From Verrucomicrobiota bacterium (lineage in GTDB: Bacteria > Verrucomicrobiota > Verrucomicrobiia > Limisphaerales > Palsa-1400), in assembly GCA_049510745.1 (NCBI GenBank), contig JBEKYR010000053.1:1-32047 (forward strand): a stretch of DNA of 32,047 nucleotides, written 5' to 3'. The position numbers were made by a program, and so were the translations under genes. This document shows, piece by piece, positions 9,093 through 17,760 of the stretch (position 1 is its first letter; the number at the start of each line of letters is the position of its first letter). The notes beneath the pieces were generated by a model. It was not told the origin of the DNA, did not search any database, and saw nothing but the letters and a program-made list of their open reading frames with translations.

Positions 9093-10046
9093 TCAGGTCA
9101 GCAGGTTTTCCAGAGTGGTCAGGGCGGCGCGGCGGATTTGTTCGGAGCGGATTTCGAGCACGCGGTATTGTTCGATCCAGTTGCGGCGGTCCAGGTGGCG
9201 TTCGCGCCAAAGCGACTTGAGAACCCGTTCGGTGCGCTCGACTTGCTGCCAGATGGCGGAGAGCGGCTCGCGGCCTTCGGGCAGGTCCGAGATGTCCCCG
9301 ACGAAGAAGCGGCTGATGCTCCGGTGGCCGAAGGCCGCGTGCAACAACATGACCACCGTCTGCTCGTAAGGATACCAGCGGTGGGCGAGCACTTCGGCCA
9401 GAAAACTGTGGCGCAGGGCGAAGAACTCCGAGCGCGGCCGCTCGGTGAATTGGCGGATTTCCCGCGCCTGCGCCGGGAACCAGTTGTAGAGCAGGGCGAA
9501 CGTGCCGTAGGTGTCGATCAATTGTTTGGATTGGTTGTGGGCGGCGGCGATTTCCCCGATGCACAAGTCCTGGTCCAATTCCAGGATGATCTCCGGCAGG
9601 TCGTGCAGCCGTTCGAGCACTTCCTGGCCGACGCTGGCCCCGTAATTGAAATCGCCGGGAATGAGCCAATAGACATCATTCGGGCCGCCTCTTTCGAAGG
9701 CCAGTCCCAGGCCGGAGTACCACATCTGGCACGTATCCACGCACCAGCGGTCCAGGATTTCCGAGCACGGCGCCACCGTGTTCTTCTTGAAGGCGAGGAA
9801 GGCCGCATTGTGCGCCATTGAAAGATGCGTCTTCCGGTCCATCACGGTGATCGGGCGGGCATAAGTCTTCTTGTCGCCGTCCAGCCGCGCGATCATTTCA
9901 TAAAGGTGCCGCAGATCCGAATAATTCTCCGGCTGCTGGAAGGGATAGATGACAACGGGATGGATCAGGCCGGGGCGTTGCCGGCTGGAGGGCTTGGCCG
10001 CCGATTCCGGTCCGTTTTCCGGGGGGTGTTGCGGGGGTTTGTTCAT
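9093..10046 (-). CDS. Hypothetical protein, possibly a divergent GT-A fold glycosyltransferase
   Basis: 317 aa ORF with coding-like bias, 3 bp from the CBM48 gene. VYWLIPGDF, DLCIG and RPRSEFFAL are spaced like GT-A elements. Function is inference. Confidence 0.6.
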   Translation of the reverse strand: MNKPPQHPPENGPESAAKPSSRQRPGLIHPVVIYPFQQPENYSDLRHLYEMIARLDGDKKTYARPITVMDRKTHLSMAHNAAFLAFKKNTVAPCSEILDRWCVDTCQMWYSGLGLAFERGGPNDVYWLIPGDFNYGASVGQEVLERLHDLPEIILELDQDLCIGEIAAAHNQSKQLIDTYGTFALLYNWFPAQAREIRQFTERPRSEFFALRHSFLAEVLAHRWYPYEQTVVMLLHAAFGHRSISRFFVGDISDLPEGREPLSAIWQQVERTERVLKSLWRERHLDRRNWIEQYRVLEIRSEQIRRAALTTLENLLT

Positions 10047-10051
10047 GGCGC

Positions 10052-10081
10052 AGTTTAGCCTGTTTTCCTTCACTTTGGCAA
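10052..10081 (-). promoter_or_regulatory. Putative sigma70 promoter, probably leaderless, for the 10046 gene
   Basis: TTGCCA-18 bp-TAAACT, 5 nt before the ATG. Confidence 0.5.
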
Positions 10082-10215
10082 TGCCAAAACGATACCCCAG
10101 GCAATGCGTCAGTCTTGGGTGGAAATAAAGCGGCAGGGACGCGCTGTCCTGCCGCGATCCCGCTGTTGGATGAGACAACGAAAATGACGGTTTCGGCTTG
10201 CTGGAAAACTGTTTT

Positions 10216-10239
10216 TATGGAAATATGGGAATATGAAAA
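10216..10239 (+). promoter_or_regulatory. Putative antitoxin operator: three 8-bp direct repeats over the start codon
   Basis: tatggaaa tatgggaa tatgaaaa, downstream of TTGCTG (10198-10203). Confidence 0.45.
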
Positions 10240-10508
10240 CAACGCTGGAAATCCCGGATCCGCTCTTCAAGCGGGTCAAAGCCCGCGCCGCGATGGAGGG
10301 CCTCAAGCTCAAGGATGTGGTCGCTTCCGCCTTGAGCGCCTACTTGATCCAGTTGCGGCCCTCCTCCCAGAATGGGGCCAAGCCTTGCCCCTTTCCCCTG
10401 GTTCGCGGGAAAGCCGGTTCGCTCATGAATCAAATGAATAACGAAACCATCGCCAAACTTGAGGAAAAGGACGATCTTGAGCGCCACCGCCGATCTTTTA
10501 GACGTTAA
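10233..10508 (+). CDS. vapB: Ribbon-helix-helix antitoxin (VapB/CopG-like)
   Basis: 91 aa, MKTTLEIPDPLFKRVKARAAMEG; overlaps the downstream PIN gene. Confidence 0.85.
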   Translation: MKTTLEIPDPLFKRVKARAAMEGLKLKDVVASALSAYLIQLRPSSQNGAKPCPFPLVRGKAGSLMNQMNNETIAKLEEKDDLERHRRSFRR

Positions 10509-10911
10509 CGTCTGGCTGGCGCTGGCCGTCGAAGGGCATCCGCAGCACAAAGCGGCCCTGAAGGCGTGGAGCCAGTTGACGCGCCCCAGCTTCTGCCGTC
10601 TCACGCAGCTCAGTTTGCTGCGATTGTTGTGCAACCCGCATGTCATGGGCGGCGCGGTCTTGGAACCGGCGGCGGCTTGGGCAGCCTTTGAAGAATTGGC
10701 GGAAAGCGGCGCGGTGGAATTGGTGGAGGAGCCGGCGGGTTTGGAGGCGCGTTTGAAACAGTTTGCCAGAGGAGCGAAGGCGGCCCGGGATTTTTGGACC
10801 GATGCCTACCTGGCCGCCTATGCCAGATGCGCCGGCCTGCGGCTCGTGAGTTTCGATTCCGGTTTTGCGCGGTACAAGGAGCTTGCCTGTCTCGTCTTGG
10901 AGGCCGATTAG
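10477..10911 (+). CDS. vapC: PIN-domain ribonuclease toxin (VapC family)
   Basis: LLDVNVWLAL, WTDAYLAA and LVSFDSGF motifs; TTG start inferred. Confidence 0.9.
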   Translation: MSATADLLDVNVWLALAVEGHPQHKAALKAWSQLTRPSFCRLTQLSLLRLLCNPHVMGGAVLEPAAAWAAFEELAESGAVELVEEPAGLEARLKQFARGAKAARDFWTDAYLAAYARCAGLRLVSFDSGFARYKELACLVLEAD

Positions 10912-10957
10912 CGAAGGAGGAAGAAAATTCCTTCATCCTTCATCCTTCTGACTTCTA
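10912..10957. terminator. Imperfect hairpin with heptamer tract between convergent genes
   Basis: gaaggaggaag / cttcatccttc pairing, followed by ccttcat-ccttcat-ccttctg-acttcta. Confidence 0.35.
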
Positions 10958-10966
10958 AGTTGTCCC

Positions 10967-13822
10967 TCACTCGCGGCCGGTTCGTTTTTGGGCGCGGCGT
11001 TTGGCGTCAAGCAGACGGCTGGTCGTCGAGACCGGCTCTTTGGACGGCGGCTTTTCGCCGGGGACGACGGGTTTGGCGGCCGCCTCGGAGGGAACGGGTT
11101 CCGATGCGGGCGTTGGAGCCGGTGTCCGCGGCTCGAACAGGGCCGGGCTGGGGGTCTCGGCGGGGGCGGTGCGTTGCAAGCGCACCTGGCCGCGCCGGGC
11201 CAGGAGGGCGGAGAGCGATTCGTCGGCCTCCCGGGTGCGCGGCACGCCTTTCCAGAAGAAAATCCAGCGGCGCAGCGTGCGCGTAGCCCGCAGCCATTCC
11301 TCGCGGTCGATCTGTATCCGGCGCACCGCCACGTCCAGCGGAAAAAGCAAAATGGCGAACTTCAGCAGCCAGTCGCGCAGGTCCAGCGGGCGGAAGGTTT
11401 TCTTGCGGTCATGGGTGAAAGGGTTGTCGGCGCGCGGGTCCAGGATTTTTCCGCCGCCCAGTTCGGCCAGGCGCCGCAGCAGGTTGAGGTTCGGCCCGGT
11501 GTCGTCAAATTCCGGCGAATAGTTGACACTCAGGCCCAGGGCCTCGGATTGGCCGGTCGTGCGGTCGGTCAGGTTCATCAGATAGGCGCCGATTTCCTTG
11601 GTCGGAAAGGTGGCGTCGTAGCGGCCCGGCCCGGTTTGCTCCAGGGACAGGACTTGCTTCTGGCCCGTGGGACTGACGACGAGCAGTTGCAAATTGAGAA
11701 AATTCCGGTAATGACCGTCCGGATCAATCGCCTCGACGCTGACATGGCCTTCGCCTTTCTCGACCGCGGCCTCGGTGTTGAAATTGGCCGCCTCGACGCG
11801 GCGCAAACTCCATTGCGCCACCTGGAGCCAGAACTGGCGGAATTTGTCCCAGCCCAGCCAGTTGGCGGCCCACTTGGCGCGGGCGTCGGAGGTGAAGGCG
11901 ACGGCGCGGCCCAAACCGTATTGCCAATGCGCCAGCAGCGGATCGCCCTTCTGCGTCACCAACGGCACCTCGGCGCGCGCCTTGGGCGTGGTGCAGACAT
12001 AGCCCAGCAACTGCGGAAACTCCTGCGGGCCGATGCCTTTGACCACTTCGCTCAACGCCCGCTGCTGCGGTTTGAACGGTTCCTCGAAGATGGCCGATTT
12101 CAAAATGACCGAGGCCTCCTTGATGAAAATCTGCGGCAGGTCGGAGGCGGAATCGACCGCCCAAAAGCGGCCGTGCCCCTCCGCCGCCAGCCACGACATG
12201 GTGTCGGGCGAGACGTGGCCGCCGATCATGACGGTGCTGATGGTAATTTTATTATTGACTATGTTTTGGACCAGCGTTTTCGGCGGCGCGGATGGGTCGC
12301 CGTCGCTGAACACGATCAAGTGCTTGAGGCTGGCGCTGGATTTGACCAGCGCTTCGTAAGCCGACTGCATCGGGGCTTCAAAGGCGGGCATGTCGCCGGG
12401 ATTCATGCCGGAAATTTTGCGGCCCATCTCGCCCTTGTTCCCGACTTTGCCGAGGGGAAAGAGCCAATGATTGTTGCCGTCCCAGAGCACGATCCCCATT
12501 TCATCCTGCGGCCCGAGCGCGTCCAAGGCGGCAAACGCGATGTCGCGCGCCCAGCCGTTGCCGCCGGGGAATTCGGTGGCGTGGCACACGATGGCCAGCG
12601 CGCCGTTGGGCAGGACTTTCTTGCTGTTCAACTCCATTTCGACCGGCAGCATCGCCTCCAACGGCGTGCCGCGATAGCCGCCGGCGGCGTAAGTCTGATC
12701 GCCACCGATGCAGACCAGGCCGACCCCGAAATCGCGCACCGCGCTGTCCAGCAAACGCATCGCGTCGAGGCCCAGATCGCCGGCGGCCATGTTGCTGAGA
12801 AACACGGCGTCGTAACTCTGGAGTTCCGCCAGGGTCTCCGGGAATTTGTCCGTCAACTTGACATCCAGCTTGCTGCTTTGCAGGGCGGCGGCCAGCTCCT
12901 GATCCTTGGCGAGATCGCTGGAAACAATCAGGACGCGCGGGTTGCCGCGGACGGTGGCGAAGGCGATGGCGCGATTATTCTGCGGAATGGTGTCGCCGGG
13001 CGCGTCCAACTGGACGTCGTATTTGTAAAAGCCCGGCTCGGTCAGGGTTTGGGGCAGAGTCAGCAGGTTTTTGCCCGCGTTCAATTCCACCTTCTGCTCG
13101 CCCAGGAAGGTTTCGTTGAGATAAAACCGGACGGCGGCCGGCTGCGCCTGATCGGCCTGGGCGAAAATCTTGACCTCAAAGGTCTGCCCATTCTTGACAG
13201 TCGTGGGCACGGCCAGCTTTCGGACCGACACGTCATTGCCGCGGCTGGTCCCCAAAGGGAGGACATCCAGCGTGACCCCCAGCGGACGCGCCGCCGCCAT
13301 CGCGGAGAGAGCGTCGCCGACGTTTTCGTTGCCGTCCGACAGCAAGACGAGCCGTTTCTGGCCCGTTTCCGGCATGGCGGCGGTGCCCAAACGAATGGCG
13401 CTGGCAACGTCGGTGCGCTCGACGCCGACGATGGCCTGGATTTGCCGCAGTTCGACCTTGGCATTGGGCCTGGACTCGATGGCGGCTTCCGAGCCGAAGA
13501 CCAAAACCCCGGCCTCGTCGGTGGCCTTCTTGCCGGCCGCGGCCTCATTGACATAGGCGCGGGCGGCGTCCTGTTGCGGAGAAGGGATGCTTTGGGAACG
13601 GTCCAGCATGAAAAAAACGGTCATGCCTTCGAGCGGCTTCTTCCATTGCAAGCCGGCCAGCCCGAGGCACAAAGCGAGCACCACCAACAGCCGCAGGGCC
13701 AGCGCCGTCCAGTGCCGCCACGGCCCGATGCGCACGTCGGATTTCCAGGACAGCCACACCACCCACGGCAGCGCGGCCGCCAGAGTCAACAACCAGATGG
13801 GATTGGAAAATTGGAAGCTCAT
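10967..13822 (-). CDS. Membrane-anchored VWA / glutamine-amidotransferase-like (DUF1355-type) protein
   Basis: 951 aa. Two N-terminal TM helices, MIDAS DRSQS, LVLLSDGNEN, GLVCIGGDQTYAAGGY..TPLE..LPV, second degenerate VWA (IVFSDG), WQYGLGRAVAFTSD. ATG overlaps the NHL stop (ATGA). Confidence 0.85.
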   Translation of the reverse strand: MSFQFSNPIWLLTLAAALPWVVWLSWKSDVRIGPWRHWTALALRLLVVLALCLGLAGLQWKKPLEGMTVFFMLDRSQSIPSPQQDAARAYVNEAAAGKKATDEAGVLVFGSEAAIESRPNAKVELRQIQAIVGVERTDVASAIRLGTAAMPETGQKRLVLLSDGNENVGDALSAMAAARPLGVTLDVLPLGTSRGNDVSVRKLAVPTTVKNGQTFEVKIFAQADQAQPAAVRFYLNETFLGEQKVELNAGKNLLTLPQTLTEPGFYKYDVQLDAPGDTIPQNNRAIAFATVRGNPRVLIVSSDLAKDQELAAALQSSKLDVKLTDKFPETLAELQSYDAVFLSNMAAGDLGLDAMRLLDSAVRDFGVGLVCIGGDQTYAAGGYRGTPLEAMLPVEMELNSKKVLPNGALAIVCHATEFPGGNGWARDIAFAALDALGPQDEMGIVLWDGNNHWLFPLGKVGNKGEMGRKISGMNPGDMPAFEAPMQSAYEALVKSSASLKHLIVFSDGDPSAPPKTLVQNIVNNKITISTVMIGGHVSPDTMSWLAAEGHGRFWAVDSASDLPQIFIKEASVILKSAIFEEPFKPQQRALSEVVKGIGPQEFPQLLGYVCTTPKARAEVPLVTQKGDPLLAHWQYGLGRAVAFTSDARAKWAANWLGWDKFRQFWLQVAQWSLRRVEAANFNTEAAVEKGEGHVSVEAIDPDGHYRNFLNLQLLVVSPTGQKQVLSLEQTGPGRYDATFPTKEIGAYLMNLTDRTTGQSEALGLSVNYSPEFDDTGPNLNLLRRLAELGGGKILDPRADNPFTHDRKKTFRPLDLRDWLLKFAILLFPLDVAVRRIQIDREEWLRATRTLRRWIFFWKGVPRTREADESLSALLARRGQVRLQRTAPAETPSPALFEPRTPAPTPASEPVPSEAAAKPVVPGEKPPSKEPVSTTSRLLDAKRRAQKRTGRE

Positions 13823-14763
13823 TTGCGAATGAACTTCTGGACGCGATTGTTCAGGGCGTCGGCCACGTAAAGATTGCCCTTGGAATCCAGCGCCAGCCCC
13901 CACGGGTTGCTGAATTGCCCCGGCCCGCCGCCCGGGCCGCCCAGGATTTCCAGGGGGCGGTCCCGGCCGTCAAGTATTTGAATGCGGCTGTTGCCGAATT
14001 CGCAGACAAATTGCAGGCCGCCGGCATCGACTTGCACGTCGTAAGGGTAACTGAACTCGCCCGGACCGGTCCCCGCCCGGCCGTAGAGGCGCAGAAACCT
14101 GCCCTCGCCGGTGAAAACCTGCACGCGGTGATTGCAGGAATCGGCCACATAAACCCGATCCTGGGCGTCGATGCCCAAGCCCTCCGCCCGGCTGAACTCG
14201 CCGGGACCATTGCCCAGCCGTCCCCAGGTTTCCAGGAATTTTTCGCCGTGCGCGGTGAAATGCTGCACGCGCTCCGAGTCCGTGTATTCGCAGACGAAAA
14301 GCTCGCCCCGCGAATTGACCGCTGCCGCCCGCGGCATGCCGAGCTGGCCCGCATTGGTGCCGTGGACGCCGAATTGCGCCGTCAGTTTGCCTTCGGGCGA
14401 AAAGAAATTCACCCGCGAGTAATGCGGTTCCACCAGGACGATGCCGCCGGCCTTGTCGCGACACATGCCCTTGGGCTTGCCTTTTTCGGTTTGCGGCATC
14501 TGCCAGTCCAGGAGGAATTTTCCGTCGGGCGAGAATTTCTGCACGCGCCCGGTCATATCGACGACGTAAAGATTGTCTTGGGCATCGACGGCGACCGAGC
14601 GCGGCTTGTTGAATTCGCCGACGCCCGCGCCGCGCGTTCCGATGATTTCCACCCGGCTGAAAAACCTGCTTTGCACCGGCGCGCTCCGCTGGTCGTCGGC
14701 CGGGCACCCTGCCAAAAGGCAGAGAGCCAAAGCGCAAATCATGGGCCAGGGGGGCGCTTCCAT
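13819..14763 (-). CDS. NHL-repeat beta-propeller lipoprotein
   Basis: Six repeats of the G.F..P..VAVD....YV.D..N.RVQ.F type; lipobox LAGC. Start 14763 or 14742. Confidence 0.9.
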   Translation of the reverse strand: MEAPPWPMICALALCLLAGCPADDQRSAPVQSRFFSRVEIIGTRGAGVGEFNKPRSVAVDAQDNLYVVDMTGRVQKFSPDGKFLLDWQMPQTEKGKPKGMCRDKAGGIVLVEPHYSRVNFFSPEGKLTAQFGVHGTNAGQLGMPRAAAVNSRGELFVCEYTDSERVQHFTAHGEKFLETWGRLGNGPGEFSRAEGLGIDAQDRVYVADSCNHRVQVFTGEGRFLRLYGRAGTGPGEFSYPYDVQVDAGGLQFVCEFGNSRIQILDGRDRPLEILGGPGGGPGQFSNPWGLALDSKGNLYVADALNNRVQKFIRK

Positions 14764-14827
14764 GCGCCGAGTTTTTGCGGAAGGGCCGGGAAAGGCAAAT
14801 GGAAAACAAACGTCTTCCATTCCCGGG

Positions 14828-14856
14828 TTGATTTCCCGGCGGCTTGATGGTACAAA
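14828..14856 (+). promoter_or_regulatory. Putative sigma70 promoter of the DUF5678/protease pair
   Basis: TTGATT-17 bp-TACAAA with extended -10 TG. Confidence 0.45.
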
Positions 14857-14869
14857 GAAGCAATTGAAG

Positions 14870-15136
14870 ATGAGTCTCAAAACTCCGCCCGTTTCGGGCG
14901 CGGACACCTTGGCGAGCGAGTGCCGCGCGTTTGAGGGCCAAAGGAAACAACTGATGCGCCGTTACGCGGGCGAGTATGTGGCCGTGTTCGGCGGACGCGT
15001 CGTAGCCCACGACAAAGATGACGAAGTGCTGGCGGCGCGGATGTTCAGGAAGTTCGGCGACGCGCCTTTCTACATCGCCCGGGTGGAAGAAAATTCTACC
15101 GTCTGTGAAGTCCCTTCGCCCGAGTTGTCAGACTAA
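14870..15136 (+). CDS. Small DUF5678-like protein
   Basis: 88 aa, LMRRYAGEYVAVFGGRVVAHDKD signature. Confidence 0.75.
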   Translation: MSLKTPPVSGADTLASECRAFEGQRKQLMRRYAGEYVAVFGGRVVAHDKDDEVLAARMFRKFGDAPFYIARVEENSTVCEVPSPELSD

Positions 15137-15138
15137 TT

Positions 15139-15516
15139 GTGTCGGCATTCGATGCCAGTTTCACCCCGCCGGCGCCCGTTGTCGATGTCGTAGTGATTCA
15201 CCCTGTGAGCAGCGCCAACAGCGGCGTGCTGCGCGGCAAATTGGATACCGGTGCGGACCTCACTGTGATCCCGGAGAGTTTGATCGCGCAACTGGCGCTC
15301 AGTGCGCGGTCCCACGTTTGGGCGCGCGGGTACGATGGCACGTTCTCCCGCAGGCCGGTTTACTATGTCAGGTTCAGTCTTGAAGGCCACGAACTGCCGG
15401 TTGTGCGTTGCATCGCCGCCGACCGTCGCAACGTGCTCGTCGGGCGTAACGTCCTCAACCGGTTCGTTATTACCCTGGATGGCCCAAATCTGCGGTTCGA
15501 TTTGGCTTTCAAGTGA
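15139..15516 (+). CDS. Retropepsin-like (clan AA) aspartic protease
   Basis: 125 aa. Catalytic LDTGADLTVIP and C-terminal LVGRNVL; 2 bp after the DUF5678 gene. Confidence 0.88.
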   Translation: MSAFDASFTPPAPVVDVVVIHPVSSANSGVLRGKLDTGADLTVIPESLIAQLALSARSHVWARGYDGTFSRRPVYYVRFSLEGHELPVVRCIAADRRNVLVGRNVLNRFVITLDGPNLRFDLAFK

Positions 15517-15597
15517 AAAGGCTGAATTAAAGTGTCACTGACGACTGCGGGCATAGGCGAGGTCGTCGGCTAAATCCTCACTCGATGATTCCATAAC

Positions 15598-16089
15598 TTA
15601 CGAGATTTCACCGGCGAGGCGAAGCACCTGTTCGTAAAGAGTGGCGGAAACCCAGAAACCTGCGTCGCGTTGGAGGGCGTCGAGCAAGGGGCGCACAGAT
15701 GGCAGGAGGCCGGCGGATTTTGCCCGGAGCAGAACGCCGAGCAGGCCGATGGTTCGAAGTCCAAGCTGCACGGCGACTTGGCGGCCACGCTGCTCATCCA
15801 CAAGGACGGCGTCGGCGTGAATCTCAGCGGCAAGGGCGAGGGCAGCGGTCTCGCCGGGATCGAGGCCCAAGGCGGAACGCAGCAACGGAGGCAGGGCAGT
15901 GAACGCTTGCTGACGTATGCCAAGAGGGAGAGTCAGGTCTGCGAACCGCGGACCAGCCGAAACGAGGCGGGAGAATTCCAGGGCCACCTCGGGCGGGATA
16001 ACGATGTCGCCAAAGAGCAACCGGAGCAAATCGCCCTTGCCGACACGGCAAAGGTTGATAAGCACTGAGGTGTCCGCAACGACGATCAC
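15598..16089 (-). CDS. DUF3368-type PIN-domain protein (putative toxin)
   Basis: 163 aa. VVADTSVLINL, LDPGETAALALA, LVDEQRGR and GLLGVLLRAK motifs. Confidence 0.88.
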   Translation of the reverse strand: MIVVADTSVLINLCRVGKGDLLRLLFGDIVIPPEVALEFSRLVSAGPRFADLTLPLGIRQQAFTALPPLLRSALGLDPGETAALALAAEIHADAVLVDEQRGRQVAVQLGLRTIGLLGVLLRAKSAGLLPSVRPLLDALQRDAGFWVSATLYEQVLRLAGEIS

Positions 16090-16325
16090 GACGGGAACAA
16101 AGTCTTCAGCGTCTGAATGTCGTCCGCCAGCATTTCGTTGGAGTACTGTGCGACGCCTCGCTCAGCCAAGGCACGCTGGAAAGTGAAGAAGTCCACGCCG
16201 GCCATTTCCGTCCCGGCGACCTTGCCAAGCCGGCCTCGGGAATAAAGAGCGCAGGCTAGTTCCAAGCGCAGATCGTCTGGCGAAAGCGCCGCCGTTTCCG
16301 GCAGGTCTGGCAATATGATCGTCAT
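16086..16325 (-). CDS. UPF0175-family small HTH protein (putative antitoxin)
   Basis: 79 aa, LRLELACALYSRGRL...EMAGVD...FQRALAERGV; GTGA overlap with the PIN gene. Confidence 0.82.
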   Translation of the reverse strand: MTIILPDLPETAALSPDDLRLELACALYSRGRLGKVAGTEMAGVDFFTFQRALAERGVAQYSNEMLADDIQTLKTLFPS

Positions 16326-16332
16326 GCCATGA

Positions 16333-16361
16333 ATCGTACTCCTGAAGCGCGCAGAAATCAA
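16333..16361 (-). promoter_or_regulatory. Putative leaderless sigma70 promoter of the UPF0175 operon
   Basis: TTGATT-17 bp-TACGAT, 7 nt before the ATG. Confidence 0.55.
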
Positions 16362-16365
16362 ACAT

Positions 16366-17760
16366 TCACATGGCTGACGCGCCATTTGACCGTGTCAAGC
16401 GAATTACAATCCAAACCAGCAGCGGCAGCAAGGCCAGCGCCAGCAGCAGCAGGCACAGGGCGTTGACCTGGGAATTGTGGCCGTAGTGGAGCAGGTTGAA
16501 AATGCGCAGGGAAAGGCTCTCGCCGCCCGGCGGCACGATCAAGACCAGCGTTTCCACGTCCCACAAGCAGAGCAGGTAGGTCACATACCACGCGGCGGCC
16601 AATTGGGCGGAGGCTTGCGGCCAATGGACATGGCGCAAGGTCTGCCAAAAGCCGGCTCCTTCCAGCCGCGCCATCGCCAGCAGGCTCGGATCGCCTGAGC
16701 GGATCGCGCGCGCCACCGTGTTCCAGCCCAGCGCGGCGTAGCGCAGGGCGTAGGCCAGGAAGACAATCCCGGCGCTCTGATAAATCGCGCTCAGGCCGCG
16801 GCGGTTAAAAATCCAAATCAATGCGATGCCCAGTAACACACCCGGCATGAAGAACGGCAGCCACAGCGCCGTGTCCAACCGCCGCCGCCATGTCAGCAAC
16901 GCGAAGGCAACGACGATGGTCGCGGAGACAGCCGCAAACAGAAGCGAATGACAGAGGGCTGACTGCCCCGCGGCCAGGGCCGGAAGAAACTCCTGCCATG
17001 TCTTGCGGCTGCCCGCCAATTGCCAGAGCGGCACGCCAAGAGAAAATCCAAGCAGCACGCAAGCGGCCGCGCCGCCGGTCCGATGCCACGCCGCGCCCAG
17101 TTGCCGGCGCAGGGCGCGGGCGGTCGCCGGATTGGATTGCCAGGACCAGGCGGTGTCGCCGCCGCGAAAGCAGAGCACCAAAAGGAAGGGCGCGAGCACC
17201 AGCGGCCAGCTTAATTGCAGCGCGGCGGCGTAATCGAAGGTGGTGTTGAAACGCACCCACACTTCCGCCGGAAACACCTTGATCTGCAAAATCGCCGGGA
17301 CAGCGAAATTGTTCAGCGCCAGCACCAGCGTCAGGATGACGGATTGAGCCAGGGCCGTGCGCGCCAGCGGCAGCAGCAACCAGCGCAGGAGGAAGCGCCC
17401 TTGCAGGAGCGGATCGACTTCCAATTGGGCGGCCTGCACGCGGCGCCAGGCGGCGGCCACAAAGAGGAAGGTGATGGGCCAGTTGAGCAGGGCCAGAATC
17501 CAAATCGCGCCGCCCAGGGTGTAAATGTTGACAGGCAGCCAGGGCCGCCAGAGGCCGTTTTGCCCGAGCAATTCAATCCAGCAATTGACCACCAGGAACG
17601 GAGGCAGGACCAAGGCGACAATGGCCGCCGCCAAAAACAGGGCGCGCCATCGGCCCTCCAAGCCGGCGAACCACAGCGCCGCCAGCAGACCGCCGGCGAC
17701 GGCGCAGGCGGTGGCGCCGGCGCTGACCAGCAGGCTGTTGCAGAGCAGCGGCCAGTTCAA
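16366..17760 (-). CDS. ABC-type permease, FbpB/ThiP-like with two membrane domains
   Basis: 464 aa, about 12 hydrophobic segments, EAA-like loop LAMARLEGAGFWQTLRHVHWP, VPPGGESL. TTG start overlaps the upstream TGA. Confidence 0.8.
   Translation of the reverse strand: MNWPLLCNSLLVSAGATACAVAGGLLAALWFAGLEGRWRALFLAAAIVALVLPPFLVVNCWIELLGQNGLWRPWLPVNIYTLGGAIWILALLNWPITFLFVAAAWRRVQAAQLEVDPLLQGRFLLRWLLLPLARTALAQSVILTLVLALNNFAVPAILQIKVFPAEVWVRFNTTFDYAAALQLSWPLVLAPFLLVLCFRGGDTAWSWQSNPATARALRRQLGAAWHRTGGAAACVLLGFSLGVPLWQLAGSRKTWQEFLPALAAGQSALCHSLLFAAVSATIVVAFALLTWRRRLDTALWLPFFMPGVLLGIALIWIFNRRGLSAIYQSAGIVFLAYALRYAALGWNTVARAIRSGDPSLLAMARLEGAGFWQTLRHVHWPQASAQLAAAWYVTYLLCLWDVETLVLIVPPGGESLSLRIFNLLHYGHNSQVNALCLLLLALALLPLLVWIVIRLTRSNGASAM

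Noticed and set aside
10988..13870. 960-aa plus-strand ORF and similar long antisense ORFs (17772-19691, 24812-27031, 27138-28415, 28285-29988)
   Set aside because: They mirror real genes on the other strand, as expected from high GC3, and carry no recognisable motifs.
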